A stretch of DNA of 64,000 bases from Isurus oxyrinchus (GCA_026770705.1 JANJGN010000006.1:3348001-3412000); one strand, 5' to 3'. Positions 27,079 to 40,700 are shown, numbered from the stretch's first letter. Notes: generated from the letters alone by a model not told the origin. Numbers and translations are program-made.

Positions 27079-27203
27079 ACCAAACAAGTGACCTGAACTT
27101 TTCTGAGTAACAACAGTATTATTTACAAAGATCGCTGGACATTGAAATATCCTCAGGGTAGCAAAATATAGTACTAATGAAGGACCGCCAATATATTTAT
27201 GTA

Positions 27204-27405
27204 AATAAATTCTTAAGACACTTTCAAAAATCAAAAACCTACTTGACTCTGTCCACCTCTTTCCGTAGCTCTTTATTTTCTGTAGCTTTTCTGTTTGTAA
27301 ATAGTTTAAGACGTATTTAATATCCAGTGACTTTTTAAAAATTGTTGGTTTGTAAGCCTTTACACTCAATAAATATAATGGATAATGAATTTATCTCTGA
27401 ATAAA
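27204..27405 (+). terminator. Candidate sox7 polyadenylation signals
   Basis: AATAAA at 27204, 27368 and 27400 in AT-rich sequence; actual usage unknown. Confidence 0.4.
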
Positions 27406-27461
27406 TTCATAAATATTGGCCTTCTCACCTGTGATTGTTTTATTGCAGCCAAAGCAAACTG

Positions 27462-28227
27462 GGCCAGGATTTTATGGCCCCCTCCTGCCCGGCAGGATAT
27501 TACAGTCACGGCAAACTGAATTAGGTTTAAATGGCTAGCTGCAACCGCTGTTTGGTGGGGGGGGGTGGGGAGGTGGAGAGACACTCCGCAGCGGCACTGT
27601 AAAGCCTTCGCCCTGGAGTTTGCCCAATTGAAAAAAAAAGTATGTCCATGGGCAGCAGTTTCCCCCCCCCCTGTGGGGGCGGTGGGGGGTGGAGGGGGGT
27701 TGTGCGGGGGTGGGCGGGTTCCCAATCGGCACCCCCGGTCGCGGGCATGCCGCCATTTTACGTGGGCGGGGCCAATTAAGGATGTCTGCCCGGAAGCGCT
27801 GTGCGCTCCCTGTGCGGGCGGGGAGGGATTCCCTGAGCAGGGAGTGCGCTCCGTCACCCACGCACACACAGGCTAAGTGCTGCCTCAGGGAGATCGGCTC
27901 AGGATTCAAGGGTTCATCAAAAGCAGAAAAAAATATTCCTGACAATTCCCCTCATGTGACACATGAGCTGGGACAAATCAATTGCTTTTATTTTAAACAT
28001 TTTAAACAAATTTTAAAACCCTCATCCCGCCCACGGATGAGGTTTCATGTTTTTTCTGAAGGCTGCTTGAGCTCTTCATCTGCCCGTCAACCTTAAAGTT
28101 GGACGGGCAGCTCAGTTGATTGTTTTAATTGCTCGTTAACTGGCCTTAATAAGCCTTTGACAGTTTGACGGGCGCACAGCCCAGCGAGCGGGCCTCGCCC
28201 CCACTCGCCGAAGGGAGAATTCTGCCC
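27462..28227. mobile_element. Harbinger-type MITE, 384 nt after the sox7 stop codon
   Basis: GGCCAGGATTTT ... AGAATTCTGCCC; interior homologous to 36133-36763; TSD not intact. Confidence 0.8.
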
Positions 28228-29004
28228 TATGTTTCTCTATAAACCAGTCTCAAGGGTTGCACATTTCAAAGTTATGCAGTCCCACGATGTCATTAGTTAT
28301 TAGTATCATTAGTACGCAAATGAAGATGGCTTTGATTAAAAAAGGAATTTCACCTTCCTTAGGTGTTCTAACTGGCTTGTCACTAAATGAAATGCTGATT
28401 TACAAATATTTAAAATTAGTTTTTCATAAAAGTTTTAAGTTTTTCCTTGTTTGTTGAAACCAAGCTTGGCGGCCTTAAAAATTAAATTAAAAAATGTCAC
28501 AATTATTAAATTGAAAATTAAAGACAAAATTTGTTTCTTTTAAAAATTGTTGCTGATTTTAGATAAGCAAGGTGCATATCTAAATTGATAAAAATGCATA
28601 ATTTCACATTAATGTAATATTCTATTTCTAACATCTAACAGTAAGTCTGGAGGTTGTAATTGCCTGAGAAAGATTTTGTATACTTTGACTTTTCACTATA
28701 CTGAGGGAATACAAACTTTGTACTGTTTAGATAATAAAAGATCATCGTTGAACAAAGTTTGAAAAGCTTTAATGGAATTTATTTGCCTCTGGTTACTGTA
28801 TATATGCTGTGGCAGGGCAGGTGGCAAATTACTATTTGGAAAGTAAATGTAGCCTTATGCACTTTATTAATGGTTTTGTTAGTCAAAGTTATATTGGGCT
28901 TATTGAGAATGTTTTGAGTTCTCAGAAATATATAATTAAAATGAAATGCTTTTAGGAGACTGCTAGACTGAAATTGTCACAGCATTTAGCTCCTATTGTA
29001 TTAG

Positions 29005-29110
29005 ATTACAACAGTGACTACACTTCAAGAGTACTTCATTGGCTGTGATGTACATGGAGACGTCTGGTGATCATGAAAAGTGTTATATGAATGCAAGTTT
29101 CGTTCTTATT
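29005..29110 (+). mobile_element. 3' tail of a DeuSINE-type (SacSINE1/AmnSINE1-like) SINE
   Basis: TTACAACAGTGACTACACTTCAAGAGTACTTCATTGGCTGT..ATGCAAGT matches my recollection of this tail; needs a Dfam check. Confidence 0.6.
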
Positions 29111-30740
29111 TCTTGAACAATTATTCACTTACCAAGTGAACTTTCTTCAGTTATCAGAAAGTGTTTGAAATTCATTCACATTGGTAGAAAAACCTGGCAT
29201 TGATATATCAATTGGTCATCAGTAATTTTGTTCTTAAATCACAAGAATTATTTTCTACTTTGTGGAAATATACATAGTGTCTACAAGAAATTTCAAAATG
29301 AAAAATTAAATCTGTAGAACGTATATTAGTGTTGAACCTTATCGACATCTTGTTTGAGATGTCCTACTTTACGATGTATATTCCTAAATATGTATAGTAC
29401 GTTCCAGTTTAACAATTCAACTAATCTGTTAAAAATGTTTGATGAATTGCATTAGTTAAAATTGACATTTTTAGCAGTTCCGCAACTGGATTATTATTGC
29501 CGCTGGGGTTACTAATAATAAATATAAATTCAGAAAATGATCTCTTGGTTAGTCAACATAGATTTGTGAAGTAGAAGCTCGATTGCAATTTAAAAGTTTG
29601 TTCACAGAACCAGATTGTACTGAAATCTGTTTAACTGATTTTAGAATAAAAAGGAATGCAATCGACTAACCATGGTCGCTGTCTGTTTTCCTGAGTTTGG
29701 GAATTTGATTTTGAAGCTGACGGATGTGGACAGAGCTCTGTTTCCTGCCTGATAACACAGCTTCTACTCGGCATTGCCTCTCCATCAGGATGTTTGTAGT
29801 TATTTTACTACAGTCATCAGACTGAGGAATGAACACTTGGTGATGTCAATCTGGGGAAAAAACTCACTGATTAACATCATCTGGGACCAGTGACTCCACC
29901 AGAAGATTAAGAAAGGATTTTTTTGCTACCAAACTGAAGCTCAAGTATTAGCGGAACTGCATATTTATGATTCATAAGGCCCATAAAAGGTGAAGTAACA
30001 AATACTGATGAAATTCTCAAGATAATGCACATTGTAATACAGATAATCTCTTATTAATAAATTTGTATGGATCATAAAATTACTTCTCATCATGTATCAT
30101 AAAATTGAGGTTCAAGATTAACTCCTTAGTATAATATAATCACAAGGTTTTAGTTATTCCAAATTACTTTTAAGTGTAAGCAATTCAATAAGATACAAAA
30201 ATACCATGAAGTTCAAAAAAATGTACAGAGCAAGATATTAACTCATTCATATCCTGCCCACTTGTCAGAGTTAAAATAAGGCCCATTGTGCTGAGGAACT
30301 AGGGTGAAGAATCAGGACAACTGGATCAAATGGTGCAGCAAGCAGAAATAAACCAGAGTAATTTCAAGACAAATCACTTGTTTGCCACAGACTGTAGTAT
30401 AATTATGAGATACAAATTTGTTTCTGGTTTGGTTTTAAAGATACCATAAGTTCATAGCTTACTTCAAATGCTTATTTTAGAAGCTTGTAATTTGGTTCAC
30501 AGGAAAAAATGGTGAAAAAGTATAGCTATGTTATACATAATGTGACCACACAATTTTAGATATATAAACGTAATGCAAGACAATTAACATGAAATTTTCA
30601 ATAAGTATGCAAATGAAGATAGCTTTGATTATTGACTTTCACTCAATGGAATAATCAGACTTTTTCACAATGTATATAAAGACTACTTTATTTTCTTGTT
30701 AAAAATGTTACAATTAATAAATTTAGTTCTTGAAATGTTC

Positions 30741-30941
30741 CTATTTCTTTGTTCTCATTTTTACAATTTTAATTCCCTTTGTTGAAGAGGAGTGAAACGA
30801 TTTGGGAACTGGAAAGGGCATAGTTATCCTCTGGAATTTTACATCTAGGACTTGAAATGCAGTTTCAATCTCTTTTTGCAGAATTTCAGAAGCTATCGTC
30901 ATCTGTATAGTGTGAGCATCCTTGACAATTTTTTCTAGATT
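30741..30941 (-). CDS. C8orf74: C8orf74 homolog, last coding exon
   Basis: TTTTCAG|AAT phase-0 acceptor; NLEKIVKDAHTIQMTIASEILQKEIETAFQVLDVKFQ aligns with human ELESLICQAVHTQMELLQELLQRQIQNTFAILDLKLQ (recalled); minus-strand AATAAA at 30692-30687. Confidence 0.85.
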   Translation of the reverse strand, partial: NLEKIVKDAHTIQMTIASEILQKEIETAFQVLDVKFQRITMPFPVPKSFHSSSTKGIKIVKMRTKK

Positions 30942-32428
30942 CTGAAAATTAAACAGTTTATTGCAGTACAATAATAAGTAGTTTCAAAGTCAGAAAGTAA
31001 ATACTAAACTAACTCACTGAAAGAGAATTACTCTTTGCAGTTAATCTGCTAGAGCTTCAATGAGCCTGACTCATGAAATTCTACATTTCTTGTTACCTAA
31101 ATTCTGGGCACAGAAACATTTTCTTCAGTCAAACTGTCCAACAATTATTCACTTAGTTGAGTGTCTCTGATGGATGACCAAATAGCTTCATATCATTAAT
31201 GGTTGTACTAGCTAAACCATGAATCTTGTAAAATTTACTTCAGAACACAAACAGGTCTATTTAAGGATCTGTAGATCTTCTACCTCATGTAGTGCATACT
31301 TGTGAAAAAAAGCAAAAGGAATGGGCAACATGTAACACAGCACAAGTTCCAGGGAATGGTTCCAAATGAGCTTGGGATCACAGGGCTCCACTCTGAAGAA
31401 AATTTACCAGAAATTCTTACTGATTGTGAGGCTAGGTACAGAATCTGTCTGCTCCATTGAAGACCTGATATAACGAAGGAGACAGGAAACGTGGCAAAAT
31501 GACATCTCGTGCTGAATTTTACACTAAGTCCGTCTCCTTTCGTCAAATAACCGAGATGCCGGACATAATCCTAGCATCTAGGTTAATGTTGTTGCTGACG
31601 TGGAGTCCAGAGAGGTTTCCAGACCACAGCCATGGCCAGGAAGACCCCAGAATTTGTAGGCATAAAGCATTCTGAGCACATTGAATGAAGGGACAGATTA
31701 GCAAACATTCTTGGGCTTTTAAGGTGGGCCTGTAGGCTGGGCTCTCGCACAACAAATGTGGTTCTAAATTTCCCAACCCTACCTGCTACTCTATTGAGTG
31801 ACCAAGGTGCATCCTATTGGTGCAGGCACCCACCTTATTTTACTTAAACATCTGGGCCCTGGAAGCTCCTGCATGAGAAGGATTGCAGGTCTCCAGTGCA
31901 CCAAACTTCTCACTCTGTTGCAGTTCTGACTCTTATCAGCTTAACAAGTGAATAAGAATTCTCTAATAAATAACTAGAACACAATTAATAATACAGGTCT
32001 AACAGGGTAATTCATTATTGGTATGCATTTTCATTAACATTATTACACATTCAGAATAACAGCAAAAATTAGTTTTATCATAGATAGAACAGCGTTCCTC
32101 ATTTTGGCTGTAGTGCTTTGCAACATTAACGTTAATATTATGACACTTGTTTTGAAAGGAGAAAAGGTCTTTATAAGATCAACTGAAGCAGGATGAAAAT
32201 CCACTCGAAGAGAAAGGAATGAAGTTGGGAGCACAATCAAGCAAAATCTCAAACAAGCTTCCTGAAGTGCTTGTCACTGGGATTGTCTGTGGGGAGGTCT
32301 ACAGGCAGGACAGTCCTGCCCTCTACTGTTAAAGTTGCCAAATGCAATAAAAAAACATAGACTTTTCAGAATCAAAATTGAATGGTATGTTTTGTGATAT
32401 TACCATATGAGTATTTGATCCACTCACT

Positions 32429-32981
32429 GGCCAGGGTTTTATGTCCCACGGGTGGGCACACACCCAACCCATCTGGCCGTGAAATAGCATGAGGTGACTT
32501 CGGGTGAACATCGCAATGTCATCATGCACTCGCGCGATATCTCACTCGGTGGACGCTGCAGCAGTCAGAAGCACACCCACCGACAATTAAGCAGGCAACT
32601 AATCCCATTAAGGAGGCAATTGAAAGCGATTTTTTGTGGCCTGTCCACTTTTACGACTGGCGGACAGGCCAATCGGCCAGGCAGCCTTTACATTTTTGCC
32701 CAAACCTCGATCCAGGGCCGGATGAAATCTCTGTGGGGAAACTAAATAAAAAGAGATATGTGGGGACTTGTTTTTATGCGGTATGCTTTCAGATCATGCT
32801 GCATGGACATATTTTGCAGCAATTTGTTGTTTTGTTTATTCTGTGGAGGTCTGCAGCTCCCCGGGGCAGCTGTCTGCCAGCGTGAAATCACGGTCGGGGG
32901 TCGATGGTGGTCGGGGGGCTGTTTCTTGTCTGTTCCTGGGTCCACCGATCACACGCGCCCGATGAGTAAAAAATTCAGGCC
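32429..32981. mobile_element. Harbinger-type MITE
   Basis: ACT|GGCCAGGGTTTT ... AAAATTCAGGCC|ACT (3-bp TSD). Confidence 0.9.
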
Positions 32982-34607
32982 ACTAATTTGAATATTATAT
33001 CTCTGCTGAGCAGCACCATGCTCAAAACCTTGAGTTGCCCTGGGCCTGGTTTCAGACTGCACCATGTCAGCGGGCTGGTGACCAGGCAACAGCAAGGGTG
33101 GGGTGGCAGGGGTGGAAGAAGGAATGCTGCCATTCTGAAAGGTCAGCAGGTTTGTGTTTCATGGAATCACTGCCACCTTCCCAGGGTGGTACCTGAGCAA
33201 TCCAGCTGCAACGTCCTGGGAGCCTCTTTGTGACATCCAAAGCACAATGCAGCAGTCTCAGCTCGCACAGCTGCACTGAGACCTTCGATGGAAGCTGTGA
33301 TATCTGGCGCAGCACCATGGTTGGTTCCACGGGTGTGCTGGTGGAGGCAGCCACCCATTCCATGTTGAAAAGGGTGGCTGTGCACATAAAGCCCTGTGCC
33401 AAGTTGGAGCTGGACCTGCCCATGCCCCTGGACATTACACGCAGCCTTTCTGGCAGCCCTCCCAGTACATCAATAATTTGGTTGTATATACCCGCCTGCC
33501 TTCTTCTGTAGCCTGGCTCATAGATATTCTCATCTGATTCCTCTCTAGCAGATGACTTTGCTCTCTAATGGGCTGGCCCCTTTGTGATTGTTTTCCCTTG
33601 CTGTGGCTCCTGTGCCTAGTGCCTCACCATGTACAAATTCCCCATCTATCCTAGCATCTAAAGTATATACAGCATCAGTCTCTTAGCTGATGGCTGCAAG
33701 TATTAGGCTGAGTGATGGTGTATTTTCATCTTCACTGCCTCCTTCCTCTTCCAGAGAAGGTTCCAGTTATTGGGTATTTGAAATGAAAAGGGGACAACAA
33801 TTGGGTTGTGGTGAGAGGAGAGGAGAAAGTAAGAAGTGCATGCTCACAGTCTGTAAGTCAAAAGACACTGTGTGATGAGGAGGAGATGGGATAAGGGAGA
33901 AGTGGAAAGAAAGGATGAGGATTAGAGATGCTGATATCCTCATCATCAATCCCTTCAGCAACATCAATTACCATCACTTCAGTGATGTCCCTTTCCATGA
34001 AGGCCAGCACTGTCTCATGGGGTTAAAACATGCAGGCCTCCCTTGCCTTTCTCCAGCTCTTTCTTGTTGCAATCTCTTATTCACCCAATTCTCATGAGAG
34101 TAAGAGAGAAGTATGTCAGTGAGTGTCCTGCAATATGTTTAGGTGATGTGCTTGTGTGTGAGCTGTGAGATATGTGTGCGAGACTTGAACCTGTGCTAAA
34201 TAAGTGACAAATTGAAGGATTGAATACTGACTGATGGTGATTGTTGCCAACTGGATGATGGAAGTGTAGCAAATTGAGCAGTGGATGAGGCTAGTAGTGC
34301 AGTTGGTAGGGAAAGGAACATAGGACTTAGGAGCAGGGGTATGCTATTCAGACCTTTGAGTTTGTTGTGCCATTCAATAAGATCATGGCTGGTCTGGTTG
34401 TGGTCTCAACTCCATTTTGCTGTCTGTCCTCCATAACCCTTGACTTGCTTGTCGATCAAAAGTCTGCCAACTCTGAATTGAATAGATTCAATGACCCAGC
34501 CTCCACTGCTTTCTTAGGAAGAGAATTCCACACATGAAACATTTTCTCCTCAATCTCCGAGTTAAACAATAGACCTCTTATTCTTAAACTGTTCCCCCAC
34601 GTTTTTT

Positions 34608-35062
34608 CTCATTCGTGCACAGGATGTGGGTTTCGCTGGCTGGGCCCAGCATTTAATGCCCATCCCTAGTTGCCCTTGAGAAGGTGGGGGTGAGCTGCCT
34701 TTCGAGCAGCTGCCGTCCATGTGGTGTGGTTGAGAAGGGAGTTCCAGGATTTTGGCCAAGTGATAGTGAAGGATACAGGGCTGAGTAGGCCATTTTCATT
34801 ATGGTTTCATTCCCTTTTTCACGACTCTGTAGCAGGTTGCTAGGCCATTTCAGAGGGCATTTAAGAGTCAACCACATTGCTGTGGAGTCACATGGCCAGG
34901 TGACAGATGGGTTTTTATAACAATTTTATAAAAAATTTAATTCCAGATTTTTATTGAATTGAAATTTCACCATCTGCCATGGCAGGATTTGAACCTGAGG
35001 CCGCAGAGCGTTAACTCCAGATTACTAATCTAGCGACAATACCACTACACCATTGCCTCCCC
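34608..35062 (-). mobile_element. tRNA-derived SINE with a LINE-derived tail
   Basis: Minus strand starts GGGGAGGCAATGGTGTAGTGG (A box) and has GGTTCAAATCC (B box); tail shared with the LINE at 12385. Confidence 0.8.
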
Positions 35063-35234
35063 ACATGTGGAAACATCCTCTCAGTATCTACTCTACCAAA
35101 TCTCCTCAGGATCTTACACGTTTCAATCTTCGAAACTCGAACGGGTATAGGCCCAACCTTTCTTCATAAAATAAGCCCCTGATCCCAGGAATGAATCGAG
35201 TGAACCTTTTCTGCGCTGCTTCTAACGCAATTAT

Positions 35235-35876
35235 GGTCAGGGTTTTCTGGCACTGCCCACCACTGGGCTCTTCCGGTCCCGCTGAACGCCAATGACCCTT
35301 TGGCTGGCCCACTGCATCCCCTGTGGCGGGTCCTGCCATGGCAGGGCCGGGACATTCCAGCCTATGGGCCACGTTTTCTCCCCGTCGGGGGGGGGGGGGG
35401 CGATGTGGGGGAGCAGGTGAAAGATCACACAGATCTCCCGGAGGCAAAGTGCCACCTCAGGGAGATCTCTGGAAGTTTCAAACATTTGTTAAAAGTGTGG
35501 GAAAGAAAATTCCTGACATGTCCTCTCATGTGACACTGTCATATAAGCTGGGACATGTCAATTTCTTTTATTTCAACATTTTGTAAACATTTAAAATCCT
35601 TCTTCAAACTCATCCGCCCGTGGATGAGGTTTCATGTTTTCTCAGAAGCCCGCCTGGGTTCTTCGCCTGCCTGGCAACGTCAATTACTTTATTAATGGTC
35701 TGAAGAGGCCATTGACAGGTCGGTGAGCGCGCAGCTGACTCGGCTCCGCATGCGCTGACCTGTAAATGTCAATGACGTGGGGTGACATCGGGGCGCCCGC
35801 CTTACACCACCCTGCGTCATTTTACACATCGACAAGCAGGTCCCGCCCCCTGCTCACTAACCAGAAGATGCATCCC
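35235..35876. mobile_element. Two adjacent Harbinger-type MITEs (35235-35362 and 35366-35876)
   Basis: TAT|GGTCAGGGTTTTC..ACATTCCAGCC|TAT|GGGCCACGTTTTC..AAGATGCATCCC|TCT; CR1 sequence rejoins across them. Confidence 0.7.
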
Positions 35877-36132
35877 TCTATCTTTTTCTCAAATAAAGGA
35901 GACTAAAGCTGTACATGGTACTCCAGGTGTGGTCTCACCAAGGCCCTGTACAACTACAGTAAAACTTCCCTACTTTTATATTATATTCTCCTTGAAATAA
36001 ATGCCAACATTCAATGCCTTCCTAATCACTTACTGTACCTGAACACTAACTTTTTGTGATTCATGTACCAGGACACCAAGATCCCTCTGTACCATCAAGC
36101 TCTGCAATCTCTCTCCATTTAAATTGTGTACT

Positions 36133-36763
36133 GGGGAGAATTTTTCCTTTGGCGGGCAGGCTGGGTGAGAGCAGGAGGGAGCAGGCGCTGAGCCGATTGC
36201 CACCAGTGATTGGCTGTGCGCCGCCATGTTATGTGGGTGGGCCAGTTAAGGCCCACCCAGTGTAGCGCGTACCCACGAAAGAGCGCAGTAATCTCCCTGA
36301 GGAAACGGAGCTGCCTCAGGGAGATTGAATGGATTAGAAAGCTTTTTAATAAATAAAGTAAAAATTTATTTAAACATGTCCCCTCATTTGACAGTGTCAC
36401 AAGCTGGACATGTTTGTGAAGTTAGTAAAATTTATTTACTTACTTTATAATAGCTTCAGGAAACCTCATCCCGCCCGTGGATGAGGTTTCCTGAAAAACG
36501 CAAAGGCCGCTTGGGCTCTTCGCCTGCCCTCCGACCTTTAGGTTGGACAGACAGCGTTCTTAACAAGGTTAATTACTTTTTTAATGGCCTTAATAAGCCG
36601 TTGACAGTTTGGTGGACGTGTAGCTGCCTCCAGGCGTGATCGCTGAATGAAATATGGAAATGTCCTGCCATGATGTCGGGATGCACGCCCGATGTTATCA
36701 CACGTCATTTTACACCCCAGCTTGTCGGGCCCACCTTCGCACGCTGACCGGAAGATTCAGCCC
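36133..36763. mobile_element. Harbinger-type MITE inside CR1
   Basis: ACT|GGGGAGAATTTT ... AAGATTCAGCCC|ACT. Confidence 0.9.
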
Positions 36764-37124
36764 ACTGCTTTTCTGTTCTCACTGCAGAAGGTGACAAGTT
36801 CACAATTTCCCATATTATATTCCATCTGCCAAATTTTTGCCCACTCACTTAACCCTGTCTATATCCCTTTGCAGACTCTCTACCTCCTCTTGACAACTTA
36901 CATTCCTCCCTATCACGGTGTTAACGGCAAATTTAGCTGACATACATTTGGTTCCTTCATCCAGGTCATTGATATAGATTGTAAATAGTTGAGACCCCAG
37001 CACTGATCCCAGTGGCACTCCGCCAGTTACAGTCTGCCAAACTGAAAAAAACCCATTTATCCCTACTCTCTGCTTCCTGTTAGCTAACCAGTTATTCATG
37101 CTAATATGTTGCCCTCTACGTCAC

Positions 37125-37733
37125 GGCCAGAATTTTACTTTCGGCGTGCAGGCGCCTGCCCGAAACGCAGGGATGTAAAATGATGCACGCTGGCATCGGG
37201 CGTGTATCCCAACATCACCGCGCACGGTCGCGATATTTCATTGGGCGGGTAGGTGCTGGAGTCAGCTGCACACCCGCTGAGAATTGAAAGGCCTGGTAAG
37301 GCCGTTAACAAGGTAATTAAGTTAAAGTTTATGCTGTCTGGCGGGCAGGTGAAAAGGCCAAGCGGCCTTTACAATTTTAGGAAACCTCATCCAAGAGCGG
37401 GATGGGGTTTCCTAAAGCTATTACAAAGTAAATAAAAACTTCCTTGTGAAATGTCCCATCTCATGTTTCATTGATTTTTTATTGTATTAATTTTTTTCAA
37501 AAAGTGCTTCGATCTCCCTGAGGCAGCAGAACTGCGCACCAGGCCCCGCTCTCCCTCCTCCCCCCACCCGCAGCGCTACCCGCTCGCGATCCACGCTGAG
37601 CAGGCCTTAATTGGCCCCCCCCCCCCCCCACGTGAAATGGTGGTACGGAGCCGATCGCAGGCGGCGGTCGTCTTCCCGGCTGCCCCTGCCCGCTCTCGCT
37701 GAGCCCACCCAGGGGGTGGGAAAAATTCAGGCC
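37125..37733. mobile_element. Harbinger-type MITE inside CR1
   Basis: CAC|GGCCAGAATTTT ... AAAATTCAGGCC|CAT. Confidence 0.85.
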
Positions 37734-40700
37734 CATGTAATCTTATCTTGTGTAGAGTGTTTGATGTGACACCTTATCAAATGGCTTTGGGAAATCCAAA
37801 TACACCCTTTACCCATCCTGCTTGTCATTTCCTCAGAAACGAAATTAGTTAAACATGGTTTCGCTTTCACAAAGCCATGTTGACTCTGCCTGACCAAATT
37901 ATGATTTTCTAAGTATCCTGCTGTAAACTCATTAGTGGATTCTAGTTCTTTCCCTATGACAGATGTTAGGCTTTACTGGCTGTAGTTTCCTGTTTCCTGT
38001 CTCCCTCCTTTCTTGGATACAGGAGTTCCATTCGCTATTTTCCAATCTGCTGGGACCCTTACAGAACCTAAAGAATTGTGGAAGATTAATACCAATGCAT
38101 CTGCAATCTCTGCAGACACTTCTTTTAAGACCCTAGAACGCAAGTCCTGGACTTGTCAGCATCTAGGTCTAATAGTTTTCCCAACACCTTTCCCTTTGTG
38201 GTGTTGATTGTTTTGAGTTCTTCCCTGACATTCACATCTTGATTTTCAAGTCGCTTTGGGAAGTTTTCTAAGTCTTCTACAGTGAAGACAGGCATGAAAT
38301 ATCTGTTCATTGCCTCTACCATTTCCTTGTTTTCCACCATCAATTCCCCAGACTTAGTCTCTAGAGGACAAAGATTAGCTTTAGTTACTCTTTTCCTATT
38401 TAAATCCTTGTAGAAACTCTTACTATCAGTTTTTATATTAATAGCTAGTTTTCTCTCATACACTTCTTTCGCCCTCTTTATTATTTTTTCCAGTCACTTC
38501 TTGCTGGTTCTTAAAATTTAATCAATCTCTGATCTACCACTAATCTATGTAGATTCGGACAGTGTTTCTTTCAATTTGATGCTATCCTTAACTTCCTTAT
38601 TCAGCATGGATGAAGCATCCTTCTCAAAGAGTCTTTCTTTCTCACTGGGATAAATCTTTGCTGAGGGTTATTAAGTATCTCCTTAAAAGTCTGCCACTGC
38701 ATCTCTACTGTCCTACCTTTTAACCTAGTTTCCCAATTCACTTTAGCTAGATCTGCTTTTATATGCTTATAATTACCTTTATTCAGGTTTAAGAAACTAG
38801 TCCTAAATCCACACTTTCCCCTTTAAACTAAACATGAAATTCTGTCTTTTTATGATCGCTGTTGCCTAGGGGCCCCTTTACTATGAGGCTATTGATAAAT
38901 CCTGTCTCATTGCTCATTACCAGGTCCAGAATAGCCTGCTCCCTGGTTGTCTCTAGACATTACTGCTCTAAGAAATTGTCCCGAATACACTCCATGAACT
39001 CATACTCCAGGCTACCTCTGCCAATCTGATTCACCCAATCTACATGAAGATTAAAGTCACCCATGATTATTGCTGCATCTTTCTTACATGCCCCATTATT
39101 TCTTCTGGTATACTTTGTCCCACCATGTAACTGCGGTTGTAGGGCCAGTAAACTACTCCCATAAGCGGCCTCTTATCTTTACTGTTTCTTATCTCTACCC
39201 AAACTGATTCCACATCTTGCTCTTTTGATCTAAGGTCACCTTTCACTACTGTATGAATGACGTCCTTAATTAACTCAGCTATCCCACCGCCTTTTCCTAA
39301 CATCCTATCTTTTCAAAATGTCAATATTCAAGTCCTAGCCTTGGTCACCTTGCAACCATGTCTCTGTGACGCCTTTCAGGTCATACATATTTATTTCTAT
39401 CTATGCTAATAATGCATTCATTTTGTTATGAATCTGCAAGCATTCAGATACAGAGCCTTTAACTCTGTCCTTTTACCATTTTTGCACTTTCTGGTCTTAT
39501 CTGCTGGTGCACTCTTAAGTTTGTGCTCTCTGTCCCTCCCTGCCACACTCTGGTTATCATTACCCAAATTACTACCCTGCTCTATTGCCTCATTGTTTCC
39601 GTTTGATTTACTTCATCTCCTCTCACATGATTCCTTCTCCCCACTGTTTAGTTTAAAGCCCTCTCTACCACCCTAGTTATATGACTTGCCAGAACATTGG
39701 TCCTAGTATGGTTCAGGTGAAGACTTGAAGGAACAGGATATGCGATTGAAGACTGAACTAATTCTCTTCAACAACTTGTCAAGATTGTTAAACTTCTGGC
39801 ACTGCATCCATGTTCTTGGAGCTATATTCCTGATACTGGTCTCTGCAGCTAGCTCTTCCCATTGCCTCCTAAACATATAACAAGAGGGCCTCCTATCTCC
39901 TGCATACACAGTGTCTCACCTTCTTGTCAGGTCTTGCACCGAGATTTCCAGTGCTTCGTCAAAAATTCTTGGTGCGCATTCTCTCATTTGTTCAGCCATT
40001 CCTCAAAGTATCACAGCACAAGATTCACAATTGAAATGACTTTCACCACTTCTTGTAGGTACAATGCACCTTCCCTTTAAGAATTGCACATTGGCTTTAA
40101 GTGGCACTAACTATCCACAATATGGTACTCCTGGTTGATGTGTGCAGCCAATGGACAGTGTGGGTGTAGCTGGCTGCATGCAGTAATCATTTAAAACAGC
40201 AGCCATCACAAATTTAGCATGCTTCCTGCAATGCAATGAACAGGCAAGGGCCTATTGTGATCCCCACACCAGTTTTTGGGAGCTATCTAATTTAACACCC
40301 CCTATGATATGAAAAGAGTTCAACTTTAAAAAACCATCAGCTCTTTTGACTCTTGACTGAATAGACAATGAATGTGTACTAACGAAAGTACATTAAGGCT
40401 ACATTTACACTGCAATTAATGTCAGCGCAAACCAGTTTTGTTTTGACCAATGCTAAAAAGCAACAATGAGGGTCTAAGTGAAGTGATGTTGCTTTAACAG
40501 TTCTGATTCCAATTTAACCCCATTTGCCAACACACTTTACATCAATTGAAAAATAGGAGACAAGGTCATCATGAAACCAATTTTTATGGGGTTGTTGTCT
40601 GTTCCTGTTGGAAGCTTACATTAATACTGCAATTAGTTGCCTGGTGTAATAAATTAGCTTAACCCTAGTTCCTCCAATTTATTTCCTCCAGAAAATTGTC

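Larger units (their letters stand above)
34312..39722 (-). mobile_element. Long CR1 LINE (ORF1 end, endonuclease, RT, 3' UTR) carrying nested insertions
   Basis: ESVWVEIRNSK, YERKLAINIKTDSKSFYK and GVPLGSVLGSQLFTIYINDL on -; colinear with 44100-51591 in the opposite orientation. Confidence 0.9.
33000..40300 (-). mobile_element. Old Harbinger Myb/SANT-like gene remnant split by the CR1 at 34312-39722
   Basis: ORF 39703-39909 has RQWEELAAETSIRNIAPRTWMQCQKFNNL (Myb/SANT-like); GC-rich decayed coding-like sequence resumes at 33000-34100. Boundaries are rough. Confidence 0.5.

Noticed and set aside
34990-35062. tRNA gene
   Set aside because: A and B boxes are present but continue into a SINE body and LINE-derived tail; no cloverleaf is evident.
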